Source: Malacoraja senta
Lineage: Eukaryota
Direction of reading: 5' to 3'
NCBI GenBank assembly: GCA_038087875.1
Contig: CM075997.1
Coordinates: 5,272,001 to 5,336,000, forward strand
Length of the DNA: 64,000 nucleotides
Within the stretch, counting starts at the first letter, position 1. Each line of letters begins with the position of its first letter. Below, piece after piece: positions 36,760 through 49,532 of the stretch. Below the pieces are notes generated by a model. The model had not been told where the DNA came from. It was given only the letters and a program-made list of their open reading frames with translations, and searched no databases. The position numbers were made by a program, and so were the translations under genes.

Positions 36760-38516
36760 TAAAGAAGACAGGGCATTGAACATAAGAATCAGGTGATCAT
36801 GTTGCAGTTTTATGGGGCTTTGGTGAGGCCACATTTGGAGAATTGCATGCAGTTCTGGTCATCTCATTGCAGGAAGGATAAAGAGGTTTGTAGAGTTGTA
36901 CAGAGGAGGTTTACCAGAATGCTGCCTGCAATACCTAAGAGGAGGTTGGACAACTTCGGATTTTTTCCTTTAAAATGTCAGGAGAGTTTTGAAAGCAAAA
37001 TCTTATGGTGTTTACCAGTGGCACAGCTGTAGAGTTGCTGCCTTACAGCAAAATGCAGCGCCAGAGACCCGGGTTCGATCCCGACTACGGGTGTTGTCTG
37101 TATGGAGTTTGTACGTTCTCCCCTGGATTTTCTCCGAGATCTTCGGTTTCCTCCCACGCTTCAAAGACGTACAAGTTTGTAAGTTAATTGGCTTGGTGTA
37201 AATGTAAAATTGTCCAAGTTGGCGATATGCAGAGTACTACCTTGCCAACTACAACATTCAGAAGATTCAGACGCAGAACAAGTGTAAAGTTGTGTACTTT
37301 AGCAGATCAAATAAAGGGGGGGTAATGATACAGTTGATAGGAAGACTCCAACATCATTGTTCAGTTCAGTTCAGTTTAATTTATTATTTATTTTATTTTA
37401 TTTTATTTTCATGTCAGTTTAGTCACATCAGTGTAGTTTATTGTCACGTGTACCGAGGTGCAGTGAAAAGCTTTTGTTGCGTGCTAACCAGTCAGCAGAA
37501 AGAATATACAATGATTTCAATCAAAGATAGACACAAGAAGCTGGAGTAACTCATCGGGACAGGCAGCATCTCTGGAGAGATGGAATAGTTGATGTTTCGG
37601 TTTGAGACCCGTTCCTTCTCTCCAGAGACGCTGCCTCTCCCACTGAGTTACTCCAGCTTTTTGTGTCTATCTTCGGTTTAAACCAGCATCTGCAGTTCTG
37701 TCCCGCACATGATTACAATCGATCCATTTATCTATACACTGTAAATGGCTCGATTGTAATCATGTATTTTCTTCCCGCTGACTGGTTAGCACGCAACAGA
37801 AGCTTTTCACTGTACCTCGGTACACTTGACAATAAACTAAACTGAACTGGTGGACGGTGAGGTGCCGCGTGGCAGAGGCCTTCCCAAGTTGCCGCGGCAA
37901 CGGAGCCAGCCCGTAGGCTCCATGAAACTGTTTTCATGGATGGAAGCAGAGGGTGATGGTGGAAGGTAGGCACAACATGCTGGAGTAACTCAGAGGGACA
38001 GGCAGCATCTCTGGAGAGAAGGAATGGGTGATGTTTCGGGTCCAGACCCTTCTTCAGACTGATGCAAGGGAGTGGGTGGGACAAAGATAGAATGTAGGCA
38101 GAGACAGTAAGACTGGTGGGAGAACTGGGAAGGGGGAGGGGATGGAGGGAGAAAGCAAGGGCTATCTGAAGTTAGAGAAGTCAATGTTCATACCGCTGGT
38201 GTGTAAACTGCCCAAGTGAAATATGAGGTGCTGTTCCTCCAATTTGCGCTGGGCCTCACTCTGACAAAGGAGGAGGCCCATGACAGAAAGGTTAGATTGG
38301 GAATGGGAGGGGGAGTTGAAGTGCTGAGCAACCGGGAGATCAGGTAAGCTAAGACGGACTGAGCGAAGGTGTTCAGCGAAACAATCGCCGAGCCTGCGCT
38401 TGGTCTTGCCGATGTTGTATTGATTAGTAGGACTGGATGTTACAATCCCTAATGTTTTTCACTACAATTGACATTTGGTATTCTTGGGGGTGACCACTAG
38501 GTGATTTTGCTTCCAA

Positions 38517-38583
38517 TCAGACGCATCTTCAGTTGTGTACCTCAACGTCACTGGGTGTTTCGGCCTTTTATCACAAGACACCG
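38517..38583 (-). ncRNA. Candidate non-circularly permuted hammerhead ribozyme (copy 1, intact core)
   Basis: GGUG-UC-UUGUG...AGGCC-GAAA-CACC...CACAA-CUGAAGA-UGCGUCU. Confidence 0.6.
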
Positions 38584-39328
38584 TCAGTCGAGGCAGGCCC
38601 ATCGCAGGATGATCAGCCCCGGTTGTGTGTCTTATGGTTAGCCTCTAGATGGTCACGTGACAGCCCAGACACCATCTTTTCTCTTCAGCCACTGCTCCAT
38701 TTGGCTTTTTCCTTCCATCTTCCTCTCTACCACTGACTGTGGCTGGTTGGGCTCTGGACTCATGTCCATTGGTGGAGCTTCACCTGGGGTGCTGATACCC
38801 TGTGGACTGTGGTGGTTAACCTGCCACTGAGCTTCACTGGCCTTCCTCTTAGAAACTAATGGTCAATGCAAGGCCCCTCACCAAGCTCTCTCAGGTACTT
38901 TTCCCTGCCCTGGTGGATCTTGAGACCCTTCTCTGATGTTATCTTTTCCCAGCCACAGATGCAGCTTCGTAGCTTATGTCCTGCCGGTGCTGCCGCTCTG
39001 TCAATTGCTGTGCTAGTTGTCTTATTCATAGTCGATTCCTTCCGTAGCAATATTAGGGTGGATCCAAAACGCTGATTAGCGATGGATCCTGCTGGCATGA
39101 GGAGCCAGCCCATGCCAGCCCCGGTGGGGTCTATTCCCTCCGGTCAGAAGTCTCTCCAGGCTGTCACTAGGTCTTCCCCTGGTTGTCAGCTGCCCTTTCG
39201 CAGCAGTCACTGGTTTGATCCAGATGTTGTATTGATTAGTAGGACTGGATGTTACAATCCCTAAGGTTCTTCACTACAATTGACATTTGGTATTCCTGGG
39301 GATGACCACTAGGTGATTTTGCTACCAA

Positions 39329-39395
39329 TCAGACACACCTTCAGTTGTGTACCTCAACGTCACTGGGTGTTTCGGCCTTTTATCACAAGACACCC
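39329..39395 (-). ncRNA. Candidate permuted hammerhead ribozyme (copy 2, CUGAAGG variant)
   Basis: GGGUG-UC-UUGUG...AGGCC-GAAA-CACCC...CACAA-CUGAAGG-UGUGUCU. Confidence 0.5.
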
Positions 39396-40870
39396 TCCGT
39401 CGAGGCAGGCCCACCGCAGGGTGATCGGACCTGGGCGTGTGTCTTATGGTTAGCCTCTAGATGGTCACGTGGCAGCCCAGACTGCTTCAGTCGACACCTG
39501 GAACAGCGGATACAGTAGATGAGGTTGGAGGAGGTGCAAGTGAATCTCTGCCTCACCTGGAAGGATTGTCGGGGTCCTTGGATGGAGTCGAGGGGAGGTA
39601 AAGGGACAGGTGTTGCATCTCCTGCGGTTGCAGGGGAAAGTACCTGGGGAGCAGATGGTTTGGATGGGAAAGGGGTTTGGGTGGGAAGGGACGAGTTGAT
39701 CAGGGAGTTACGGAACGAACGGTTTCTGCGGAAAGCAGAAAGGGTTGGAGAAGGGAAGATGTGGCCAGGGGTGGGCTCCCATTGGAGGTGGCGAAAATAT
39801 TGGAGGATTATATGCTGTGGCGTAAATGTTGGAGGATTGTTCTTCAGGCTGGAGGCCTGTGATGAGTGGTGTGCCTCAGGGTTCAGTGCTGGGCCCATCT
39901 TGTCTTTGACATTTCCATATTGAGGAAAAAAACTCTGAGTGACTACCCTGTCTATGCCTCTCATTATTTTATATATTACGAAATTATAGTCATCATCAAC
40001 TGCTGGCGATTGATAGTAAGTGTTAAGAAACTCTTACGTCCAACGACTATGACCTTCGATGTCACCCTTTCCTCTCTAGTGTTTTGACCTAAAAATGCAT
40101 CATCCTGGACCGGTTCCCCAAGTTAAACATTCACGCTCTTCACTGGAGCCTGCGTGGAGTGGTTTTGTTCTGTGTCTTGGACGATAATATGAAGCTGATC
40201 CAAAGTTGGCTGGGACGTTGCAGAGAATGAGTGGAGCAACTGGGAACGGCCAAAGTCCCAGCAGGATCGGGATGCCTCATGCCGGCTGTGGCTCAACTCT
40301 AAAGTTCGACATTTTGAAATGTTCGCTCTAGGTTCCAAACTCAGACATCTGGCAATGCTAATGTTAGGAATTTGTCAGAAGAAAGATAATCCATGATTAT
40401 AATCGAGCCATTTACAGTGCATAGACACATGATAAGGGAATAACGTTTAGTGCAAGGTAAAGCCAGCAAAGTCTGATCAAGGATAATCCGAGGGTCATCA
40501 AAGAGGTAGATAGTAGTTCAGCACTGCTCTCTGGTTGGGGTAGGACGGTTCATTGATGTACAGAGGAATATTGGCATCCAAGACATAGCTCCCTGATAGT
40601 GGCAACACAAGTAAAGAGAATGGTAAAGTAGGCAGGGCATTGAGTAAAGAAATGTGTAGGAAGGAACTGCAGATGCTGGGTTAAACTGAAGGTAGACATA
40701 AAAAGCTGGAGTAACTCAGCGGGACAGGCAGCATCTCTGCAGAGAAGGAATAGGTGACATTTCGGGTCATGTTTGAAGAAGGGTCTCGACATGAAGCGTC
40801 ACCCATCCAGAGCTGCTGCCTGTCCCTCTGAGTTACTCCAGCTTTTTGTGTCCATCTTCATTGAGTATAA

Positions 40871-41127
40871 AGGACCTGTCCCACTTGCCGACTTTTTCGG
40901 CGACTGCCGGCGTCATTGACTGACGTATCAGGGTAACCGAAAGATTTTGAACATTTCAAAATCCAGCGGCGACAAAAAAAATGTTGCGACACTTGAGGAA
41001 ACACCGCACGTCAATACGTCATCACGCCGCGTCACGCCGCGTCACGCCGCAACTTTTTCGGTGACCTGATACGTCAGTCAATGATACCAGCAGTTGCCGA
41101 AAAAAATCACCAAGTGGGACAGGCCCT
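40871..41127. mobile_element. PIF/Harbinger-type MITE (~257 bp)
   Basis: About 70-bp imperfect TIRs starting aggacctgtcccacttg; TSD TAA within CR1-like ttgagta-taa-gagtcagg. Confidence 0.88.
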
Positions 41128-43039
41128 TAAGAGTCAGGAAGCCATTTTGCAGCTTTACAGGACTTTGGTCAGGCCACATTTGGAGTATTGGGTGCAGTTC
41201 TGTTCTTCTTATTGCAGGAAGGAAGGTTTAGAGAGGGTGCAGATGTTTACCAGAATGATGCCTGGATAACCGAAGGAGCGGTCATACGACTTTGGATTCT
41301 TTCCTCCAGAATGACAGAGGTTGAGGGGAAATAGATAAAAATATGAGAAGCACAGCAAAGTGTAATGGAGGTGACATTTCTTGCACAGAGGGTGGTGGGT
41401 GCCTGGAACGCCCTGCCAGATGTGGTGGTGGGGGCAGATATGATGGTGGTGTTTAAGAGGCTTTTGAATAGGTACATGGATATGCAAAGAATGGATGGAT
41501 GTGGATCATGTGTAGGCAGAGGAGATTAGTTTAACTTGGCAACAAGTCCCTGTCAAATTCCTTTTTTGAGCCAGTGTTGATGGAAGTACAGGTACTTCTG
41601 CCTTTAACATGATTATTGGATTCCTAAGTTCATAAGTGATGGGAGCAGAATTAGGCCATTCGGCCCATCATCTACTCTACCATTCAATCACGGCTGATCT
41701 GTCTCTGCCTCCTAAGCCCATTCTCCTGCCTTCTCCCCATAACCCTTAACACCCATTCTAATCAACAATTTGTCTATCTCTGCTTTAAAAATATCCACTG
41801 ACTTGGCCTCTACAGCCTTCTGTGGCAATGACTTCCACAGATTCACCACCCTCTGACTTAAGAAGTTCCTCCTCATCTCCTTTTTAATGGACGTCCTTTA
41901 ATTCTGAGGCTGTGACCTCTGGTCCTAGACTCTCCCACTAGTGGAAACATCCTATCCATATCCACTCTATCTAAGAAACCTCGTGTTGCAGTAACAATTA
42001 TATCAATGGGGAAAGGAGGTTATGGACTATTCTGACTCGCAATAATAAAGTTATTTCACCTGCAGGAATTTCATAAATACGGTATTTTTAATAGCCATAA
42101 GTTTATTTTTGTTGCTGCAAGCTAAGAATACTAAAGACTTGTTTCAGAATGTAACGTTGCAGTAGAACAAATTGCTTGTGAATTTCAATGACCACCCACA
42201 CTGATACTGACAGACTGCATTCTGAAGAGACAGTAGTTACATGGAAACAATTTTTTCTGAGACTGTTATTTTACCCAAGACAGATTTTTTTCTGCTTGTG
42301 AGTTTCCAAAGTAATTTTTAAATTCCAATCGAAATTACGTTATAACTATTTCAGCCCATGTAATGCAAGTAGAGTTCCCTCATTCATCACTTATGTTATA
42401 TCCAATTCGTATTAAAGAAATACAACTTCAAGACACAGTGGTGCAGCGGTAGAGTTGCTGCTTTACAGCGCCAGAGACCCGGGTTCGATCCTGACTACGG
42501 ATACTAACTGTACGGGCTTTGTACGTTCTTCCCGTGACCTGCGAGTGTTTTCTCCGGGAGCTCCGGTTTCCTCCCACACTACAAAGAAGTACAGGTTTGT
42601 GTGTTAATTGGCTTGGTGTATGTGTAAGAAATTATGCATCTCATATTTCCTAACCTTGTATCTTCTGTCAACTTCACTTCCATTCACTTATCCTCTCCAC
42701 ATTCTCATTGTATCCTCAAACAGTGGGCTAACCCCACTTCTTTTGAATCTTCAGTAGATTTGGCCTTCTACATTCAACCATTTCTGCCAAACATCAGTAT
42801 TGATTATCAAATGATTGGTGTGACACAGTGGTGCAGCAGTAGAGCTGCTGCCTCACAGCGCCAAAGACCCAGGTTCGAACTAACTTCAGGTTAGTGTGGA
42901 GTATGCAGGTTTTCCCTTTGCTGCATGGGTTTCCTCCAGGTGCTTCATGTTCTTCCCACACCCCAAAGACGTGCGGGTTTGTCGATTAATTGGCCTCTCT
43001 AAAGTGCCCTTATTGTGCAGGGAGTGGATGCGAAAGTGG

Positions 43040-43770
43040 GATGAATGAATGAATAAGTTTATTGGCCAAGTATTCACATACAAGGAATTTGCCTTGGTGC
43101 TCCGCCCGCAAGGGACAACATGACATACAGTGACAGTTAAGAATGACACATAAAACATTAAACATTAATAATAAAACATTAATGATTAAACATGTGAATT
43201 AAATAAAATACCAGAGCAAAAGGAGGCTACAGATTTTTGGTTATTGAGTAGAGCTACTACTCGTGAGAAAAATGCTGTTTTTATGTCTGGCTGTGGCAGC
43301 TTTGACAGTCCGGAGTCGCCTTCTAGAGGGAAGTGATTCAAAGAGTTTGTGGCCAGGGTGAGAGGGGTCAGAGTTGATCTTGCCCGCTCGCTTCCTGGCC
43401 CTTGCAGTGTACAGTTCATCAATGGAGGGAAGGTTGCATCCAATAACCTTCTCAGCTGATCGGACAATTCACTGCAGCCTCCGGATGTCATGCTTGGTGG
43501 CTGAGCCAAACCAGATCATGATGGAGAAGGCGAGGGCAGACTCTACGATGGCCGTGTAGAATTGGACCATCATTGCCTGTGGCAGATTGTGATTCCTCAG
43601 CTGCCGCAGGAAGTACATCCTCTGTTGTGCCTTTTTGACTGTGGAGTCGATGGTGGCTCCCCATTTCAGGTCCTTGGAGATTAAGGAACTTAAAAGGCAC
43701 CACAGATGTGACTGTGGTGTTGTTGATGGTGAGTGGGGGGAGGGGAGGGGGAGCTCTCCTGAAGTCTAGC
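43040..43770 (-). mobile_element. Rex1/Babar-type LINE 3' fragment
   Basis: PPLPPLTINNTTVTSV; 3' aataaac with (ATTC)n tail. Confidence 0.8.
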
Positions 43771-44192
43771 AACATAGAACTACCATAGAATACGTGAGCA
43801 GGTGATCGATGGTCCGAGTGGACTCGGTGAGCCAAAGGGCCTGTTTCCATACTGTTTCTCCAAATTAAAACGTAAACAGTTGAAATACTGGAAGTGATCC
43901 TGTTGTTATTGTTTGCCAATGTGAAGATGACTCATTTCTCCTGTTTTCAGTTAGTTTGCCCCTATGCTTTCTGTGGCAACGTCTTATTCCAACGCTCTTC
44001 ACTTTCAACCTCTGCAGTAACTTTATTGAATGTCTTCTGCAAATGCAATCACACTACAGCACGTCAACCAGGTCCCCTTTATTCACCCTCTTCTCACATC
44101 CTTAAAGAGGTCAAGCAGGTTCATAAGTTCATAAATATATGTGATAGGAATAGTATTAGGCCATTCGGCCCATCGAGTCTACACCATTCAAA

Positions 44193-46790
44193 CACTAAGG
44201 GGCAGAAAACGCTGGTGGGTGTTGTGTACAGGCCACCTAACAATAGTAGTGGAGTTGGGGATGGCATCAAACATGAAATTAGAAATGCGTGCAACAAAGG
44301 TAAAACAGTTATAATGGGTGACTTCAATCTACATATAGATTGGGTGAATCAAATTGGCAGGGGTGCTGAGGAAGAGGATTTCTTGGAATGTATGCGGGAT
44401 AGCTTTCTAAAACAACATGTAGAGGAACCAACGAGAGAGCAGGCTATTCTAGACTGGGTATTGAGTAATGAGGAAGGGTTAGTTAGCAGTCTTGTTGTGC
44501 GTGGGTACTTGGGCAAGAGTGACCATAATATGGTTGAGTTCTTCATTAGGATGGAGATTGACATAATTAATTCAGAAACAAGGGTTCTGAACTTAAAGAA
44601 AGGTAACTTTGAGGGTATGAAACGTGAATTGGCCAAGATTGACTGGCAATTGATTCTTAAAGGGTTGACGGTGGATATGCAATGGAAGGCATTTAAAGAC
44701 TGCATGGATGAACTACAAAAATTGTTCATCCCAGTTTTGCAAAAGAATAAATCAGGGAAGGTAGTGCATCCGTGGATAGCAAGGGAAATCAGGGAGAGTA
44801 TCAAAACAAAAGATGAAGCGTACAAATTAGCCAGAAAAAGCAGCCTACCAGAGGACTGGGAGAAATTCAGAGTCCAGCAGAGGAGGACAAAGGGCTTAAT
44901 TAGGAAAGGGAAAATAGATTATGAAAGAAAACTGGCAGGGAACATAAAAACTGACTGCAAAAGTTTTTATAGATACGTGAAGAGAAAGAGATTAGTTGAA
45001 ACAAATGTAGGTCCCTTGCAGTCAGAAACAGGCGAATTGATCGTGGGGAACAAGGACATGGCAGACCAATTGAATAACTACTTTGGTACTGTCTTCACTA
45101 AGGAAGACATAAATAATCTGTCGGAAATAGCAGGGGACCTCGGGTCAAATGAGATAGAGGAACTGAGTGAAATCCAGGTTAGTCGGGAAGTGGTGTTAGG
45201 TAAATTGAATGGATTAAAGGCCGATAAATCCCCAGGGCCAGATAGGCTGCATCCCAGAGTACTTAAGGAAGTAGCCCCAGAAATAGTGGATGCATTAGTG
45301 ATAATTTTTCAAAACTCCTTAGATTCTAGAGTAGTTCCTGAGGATTGGAGGGTAACTAATGTAACCCCCTTTTTAAAAAGGGAGGGTGGGAGAAAATGGG
45401 GAATTACGGACCAGTTAGTCTAACATCGGTAGTGGGGAAACTGCTAGAGTCAGTTATTAAAGATGGGATAGCAGCACATTTGGAAAGTGGTGAAATTATT
45501 GGACAAAGTCAGCATGGATTTACGAAAGGTAAATCATGTCTGACGAATCTTATAGAATTTTTCGAGGATGTAGCTAGTAGAGTGGATAAGGGAGAAACAG
45601 TGGATGTGTTATATCTGGACTTTCAGAAGGCTTCCCACATAAGAGATTAGTATACAAACTTAAAGCACACGGTATTGGGGGTTCAGTATTGATGTGGCTA
45701 GAGAACTGGCTGGCAAACAGGAAGCAAAGAGTAGGAGTAAACGGGTCCTTTTCAGAATGGCAGGCAGTGACTAGTGGGGTACCGCAAGGCTCAGTTCTGG
45801 GACCCCAGCTATTTACAATATATATTAATGATTTGGACGAGGGAATTGAATGCAATATCTCCAAGTTTGCGGATGACACGAAGCTGGGGGGCAGTGTTAG
45901 CTGTGAGGAGGATGCTAGGAGGCTGCAAGGTGACTTGGATAGGCTGGGTGAGTGGGAAAATGCATGGCAGATGCAGTATAATGTGGATAAATGTGAGGTT
46001 ATTTGGTGGCAAAAACAGGAAAGTTGACTATTATCTAAATGGTGGCCGATTAGGAAAAGGGGAGACGCAACGAGACCTGGGTGTCATGGTACACCAGTCA
46101 TTGAAAGTAGGCATGCAGGTGCAGCAGGCAGTGAAGAAAGCGAATGGTATGTTAGCATTCATAGCAAAATGATTTGAGTATAGGAGCAGGGAGGTTCTAC
46201 TGCAGTTGTACAGGGTCTTGGTGAGACCACACCTGGAGTATTGCGTACAGTTTTGGTCTCCAAATCTGAGGAAAGACATTCTTGCCATAGAGGGAGTACA
46301 GAGAAGGTTCACCAGATTGATTCCTGGGATGTCAGGACTTTCATATGAAGAAAGACTGGATAGACTTGGCTTGTACTCACTAGAATTTAGAAGGTTGAGG
46401 GGAGATCTTATAGAAACTTACAAAATTCTTAAGGGGTTGGACAGGCTAGATGCAGGAAGATTGTTCCCGATGTTGGGGAAGTCCAGGACAAGGGGTCACA
46501 GTTTAAGGATTAAGGGGAAATCCTTTAGGACCGAGATGAGAAAAACATTTTTCACACAGAGAGTGGTGAATCTCTGGAACTCTCTGCCACAGAAGGTAGT
46601 TGAGGCCAGTTCATTGGCTATATTTAAGAGGGAGCTAGATGTGGCCCTTGTGGCTAAAGGGATCAGGGGGTATGGAGAGAAGGCAGGTACAGGATACTGA
46701 GTTGGATGATCAGCCATGATCATATTGAATGGCGGTGCAGGCTCGAAGGGCCGAATGGCCTACTCCTGCACCTATTTTCTATGTTTCTAT
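44193..46790 (+). mobile_element. CR1/HER1 LINE, 2.6-kb ORF2 (APE C-terminus plus RT), frameshifted
   Basis: GVVYRPP, IMGDFN, SDHN, KSPGPD, SQHGF, YLDFQKA, GVPQGSVLGP and FADD motifs; ttttctatgtttctat tail. Confidence 0.96.
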
Positions 46791-46967
46791 GGCTGAACCA
46801 TCTCTCCCTCCGAACCCCATTCTCCTGCCGTCTCCCTATAACCCCTGACACCCTGGTTCATCAAACCTCAACAGGGCTGCAGCAGGTAGAGTTGCTGCTT
46901 CGCAGAGCCAGAGCTCAATCCTGCGTTCAATCCTGACTTCGGGTGCTGTCTGTGTGGAGTATGCACA

Positions 46968-47545
46968 TCAATCAATCAATCAAAGACTTTATTGTCATTC
47001 AAAAATACACCATCAAATGTAATTCTGAACGAAATTTCGTTGCATCTGGCTCACCGTGCAACATAAAATAACTAAAGGATAAAATAGAAAAACAGATAAA
47101 ATAGATTAAAAAAGATAAAATAGATAATAGTAGCGGCACATTATATAGAATTCAAGATTCTGATGGCTCGGGGGAAGAAGCTGTTGCAGAACCTGGCCGT
47201 TCTGCTCCTTATACTGCGATACCTTTTACCCGAGGGCAGCAGAGTGAACAGCCCATGATGGAGATGTGTGGGGTCCTTTATAATGCTGTTGTCCTTGGAC
47301 AAGCAACGTTTGCACGCAATGTCCCGGATTGAAGGAAGAGAAGTCCCGATGATTTTTTCAGCCGTCCTCACCACTCTCTGCACGGACTTCCAGTCGGAGG
47401 ATTTGCAGTCCCCAAACCAGACAAAGACGCAGCTGGTCAAAATGCTCTCCATGGTGCCCCTGTAGAAAGTGGTGAGGACGGGATGGGGAAGGTGAGCTCT
47501 TCTCATCCGGCGCAGAAAGTGCAAACGCTTCTACGCTCTCTTAAC
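46968..47545 (-). mobile_element. Rex1/Babar LINE 3' fragment
   Basis: FYRGTMESILT..LLPSGKRYRSIRSRTARFCNSFFPRAIRILN; (TTGA)n tail. Confidence 0.9.
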
Positions 47546-47969
47546 TAGTGATGCGATGCGACGTAGTCAGTACTGGAGAGGTTGAGTACTTCCTGCAGCT
47601 TAACCCACTTCCTCCATCTCCTCCCTAGTTCGAATGAAGTGTCTTCGACCCAAAATGTTGACTCTATTTCTCTTCTCACGGATGTGGACTGACCTGCTGA
47701 GAATCTCCAGCATTTTCACCATTTACATTGTTAGATTGACCAATGCATTGTATTAAAAAAAAATACACAAAGTGCTGGAGTAACTAAGTGGGTCAGGCAG
47801 CATCTCTGGAGAACTTGGATGGACAACGTTTCAGGTCGGGTCCCTTCTTCAGTCTTACCTGCAACGCCACCCATCCATGTTCTCCAGAGATGCTGACTGA
47901 CCCGCTGAGTTACTCCAGCATTTTGTGTATTTTTGTGCAGTTTCTTGCGTCTCCAAGTCATTTAATGTT

Positions 47970-48297
47970 AGGTTTAGTTTAGTTTAGTTTAGTTTAGAGA
48001 TACAGTGCGGAAACAGGCCCTTCGGCCCATCGAGTCCGCACCAACCAGCAATCCCCGCACATTAACACTATCCTACACACACTGAGGACAAGTTACATTT
48101 ACACCAGGCCAATTAACGTACAAACCTGCACGTCTTTGGAGTGTGGGAGGAAACAGGAGATGTCGGAGAAAACCCATGTGGTCACGGGGAGAACGTACAA
48201 ACTCCGTACAGACAGCACCCATAGTCAGGATCAAACCCGGGTCTCTGGAGCTGTAATCGCTTTGAGGTAGCAACTCTACCGCTGCGCCACCATGCCA
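47970..48297 (-). mobile_element. V-SINE (HE1-like), full length
   Basis: Complete head, core and tail. Confidence 0.9.
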
Positions 48298-49532
48298 CTT
48301 GCTTCCTCCAAGGCCTGTTCTGGTGGATTAAGAAGGTTCACACATGTAAGTTACCCCTTAGACTAATATGCCAGATGTGCTTGAAACTTTAAACCAGAGA
48401 GTAATCAAGTACAAACAGAGAATAAAGGAACGTATCACACAATATACCAGGTTGATATAGACAAGAGTAGGTTCAGGGGACATGATGTTTTTCATCTGAA
48501 TCTGCAATTGCCCTGGGGGATATGCAAGTCTAACAGTGTGTCCAATAAAGGCATGGAGAGGAAATCTAAACAGGCAAATTGGATGAGAGATGTGTAGGAA
48601 GGAACTGCAGATGCTGGTTTACACCAAAGATAGACACAAAATGCTGGAGTAACTCAGCGGGTCAGGCAGCATCTCTGGATAGAAGGAATGGGGGACGTTT
48701 CAGGTTAAGACCCTTCTTCAAACTGAGAGTCGGGAGAGAGGGAGACTAGAGATATGGAAGGGTGAGGTGTGAAAACACAGATCAAAGGGGACGCAGGTCA
48801 AGGAAAATGTAGAATGGTTCATTGTTAGCTGAGGGGAAGGGGACAACGAGGCTTACAATCAGTAAAATTGAATCAGGAGAACAGTGAGAACTAGTCAGAG
48901 AACTGGGGTGGGGGTGGGACGGAGAGAGAGGGGGGAGACAGAGAGAGAGGAGCTCAGTCTGAAGGAGGGTCTCGACCCGAAACGTCGCCCGTTCCTTCTC
49001 TCCAGAAATGCTGCCTGTGCCGCTGAGTTACTCCAGCTTGTTGTGCCTATGTTGTAGGAAGGAACTGCAGATGCTGGTTTAAACAGAAGACAGACAGAAA
49101 ATGGTGGAGTAACTCAGCGGGACAGGCAGCATCTCTGGAGAGAAGGAATGGGCGACGTTTTGGGTCGAGACCCTTCTTCGAGATCCGAAACGTCACCCAT
49201 TCCTTCTCTGCAGAGATGCTGCCTGTCCCGCTGAGTTACTCCAGCTTGTTGTGTCTATAATTGGATGAGAGAGATGGAAGCAATGCTTGCACAATGAATG
49301 GTGAATCACAGTTGTGTTTCATCAGAAGCCTAGAACGTCAGGAGATGGTCGTTGGGTAATTCCGGATGACGTTTGTAGAGCTCCCAAGAGGAAGAAAGAT
49401 CCCAAAACCCACGTCAATTTAAATATCGCTGTAGTTTTGTTTTCCAGTCCCATTTAAATTGATACAGTATCCCTGAACGACTGCTTCACAACAAGAAACG
49501 CAGTTGCATCGTATTTCAACTTAACAGTAAAC

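Larger units (their letters stand above)
38411..39482 (-). mobile_element. Internally deleted Hero/R2-group non-LTR derivative, 812-bp unit plus a 260-bp direct repeat
   Basis: CICGWEKITSEKGLKIHQGR N-terminal zinc finger joined to WLKRKDGVW* C-terminus; repeats at 38411-38670 and 39223-39482. Confidence 0.75.
37960..39840 (-). mobile_element. Penelope-like element fragment, split by a Hero-like insertion
   Basis: SFQVRQRFTCTSSNLIYCIRCSRC at ~39490-39570, continuing below 38415 into the GIY-YIG C-terminus and terminal repeat. Confidence 0.88.

Noticed and set aside
40038..40088. SKVIVVG, resembling a Rab/Ras P-loop start before a GTAAGA donor
   Set aside because: The next codon starts with C, so it cannot be Asp, and no GxxxxGK continuation was found.
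43894..45423. 509-aa ORF as a host gene
   Set aside because: It is CR1 ORF2 with a fortuitous upstream extension through unrelated sequence.
49323..49454. Short minus-strand ORF resembling a signal peptide (MGLENK..FFLLGALQTSSG)
   Set aside because: It stops after about 43 codons with no convincing donor; likely chance.
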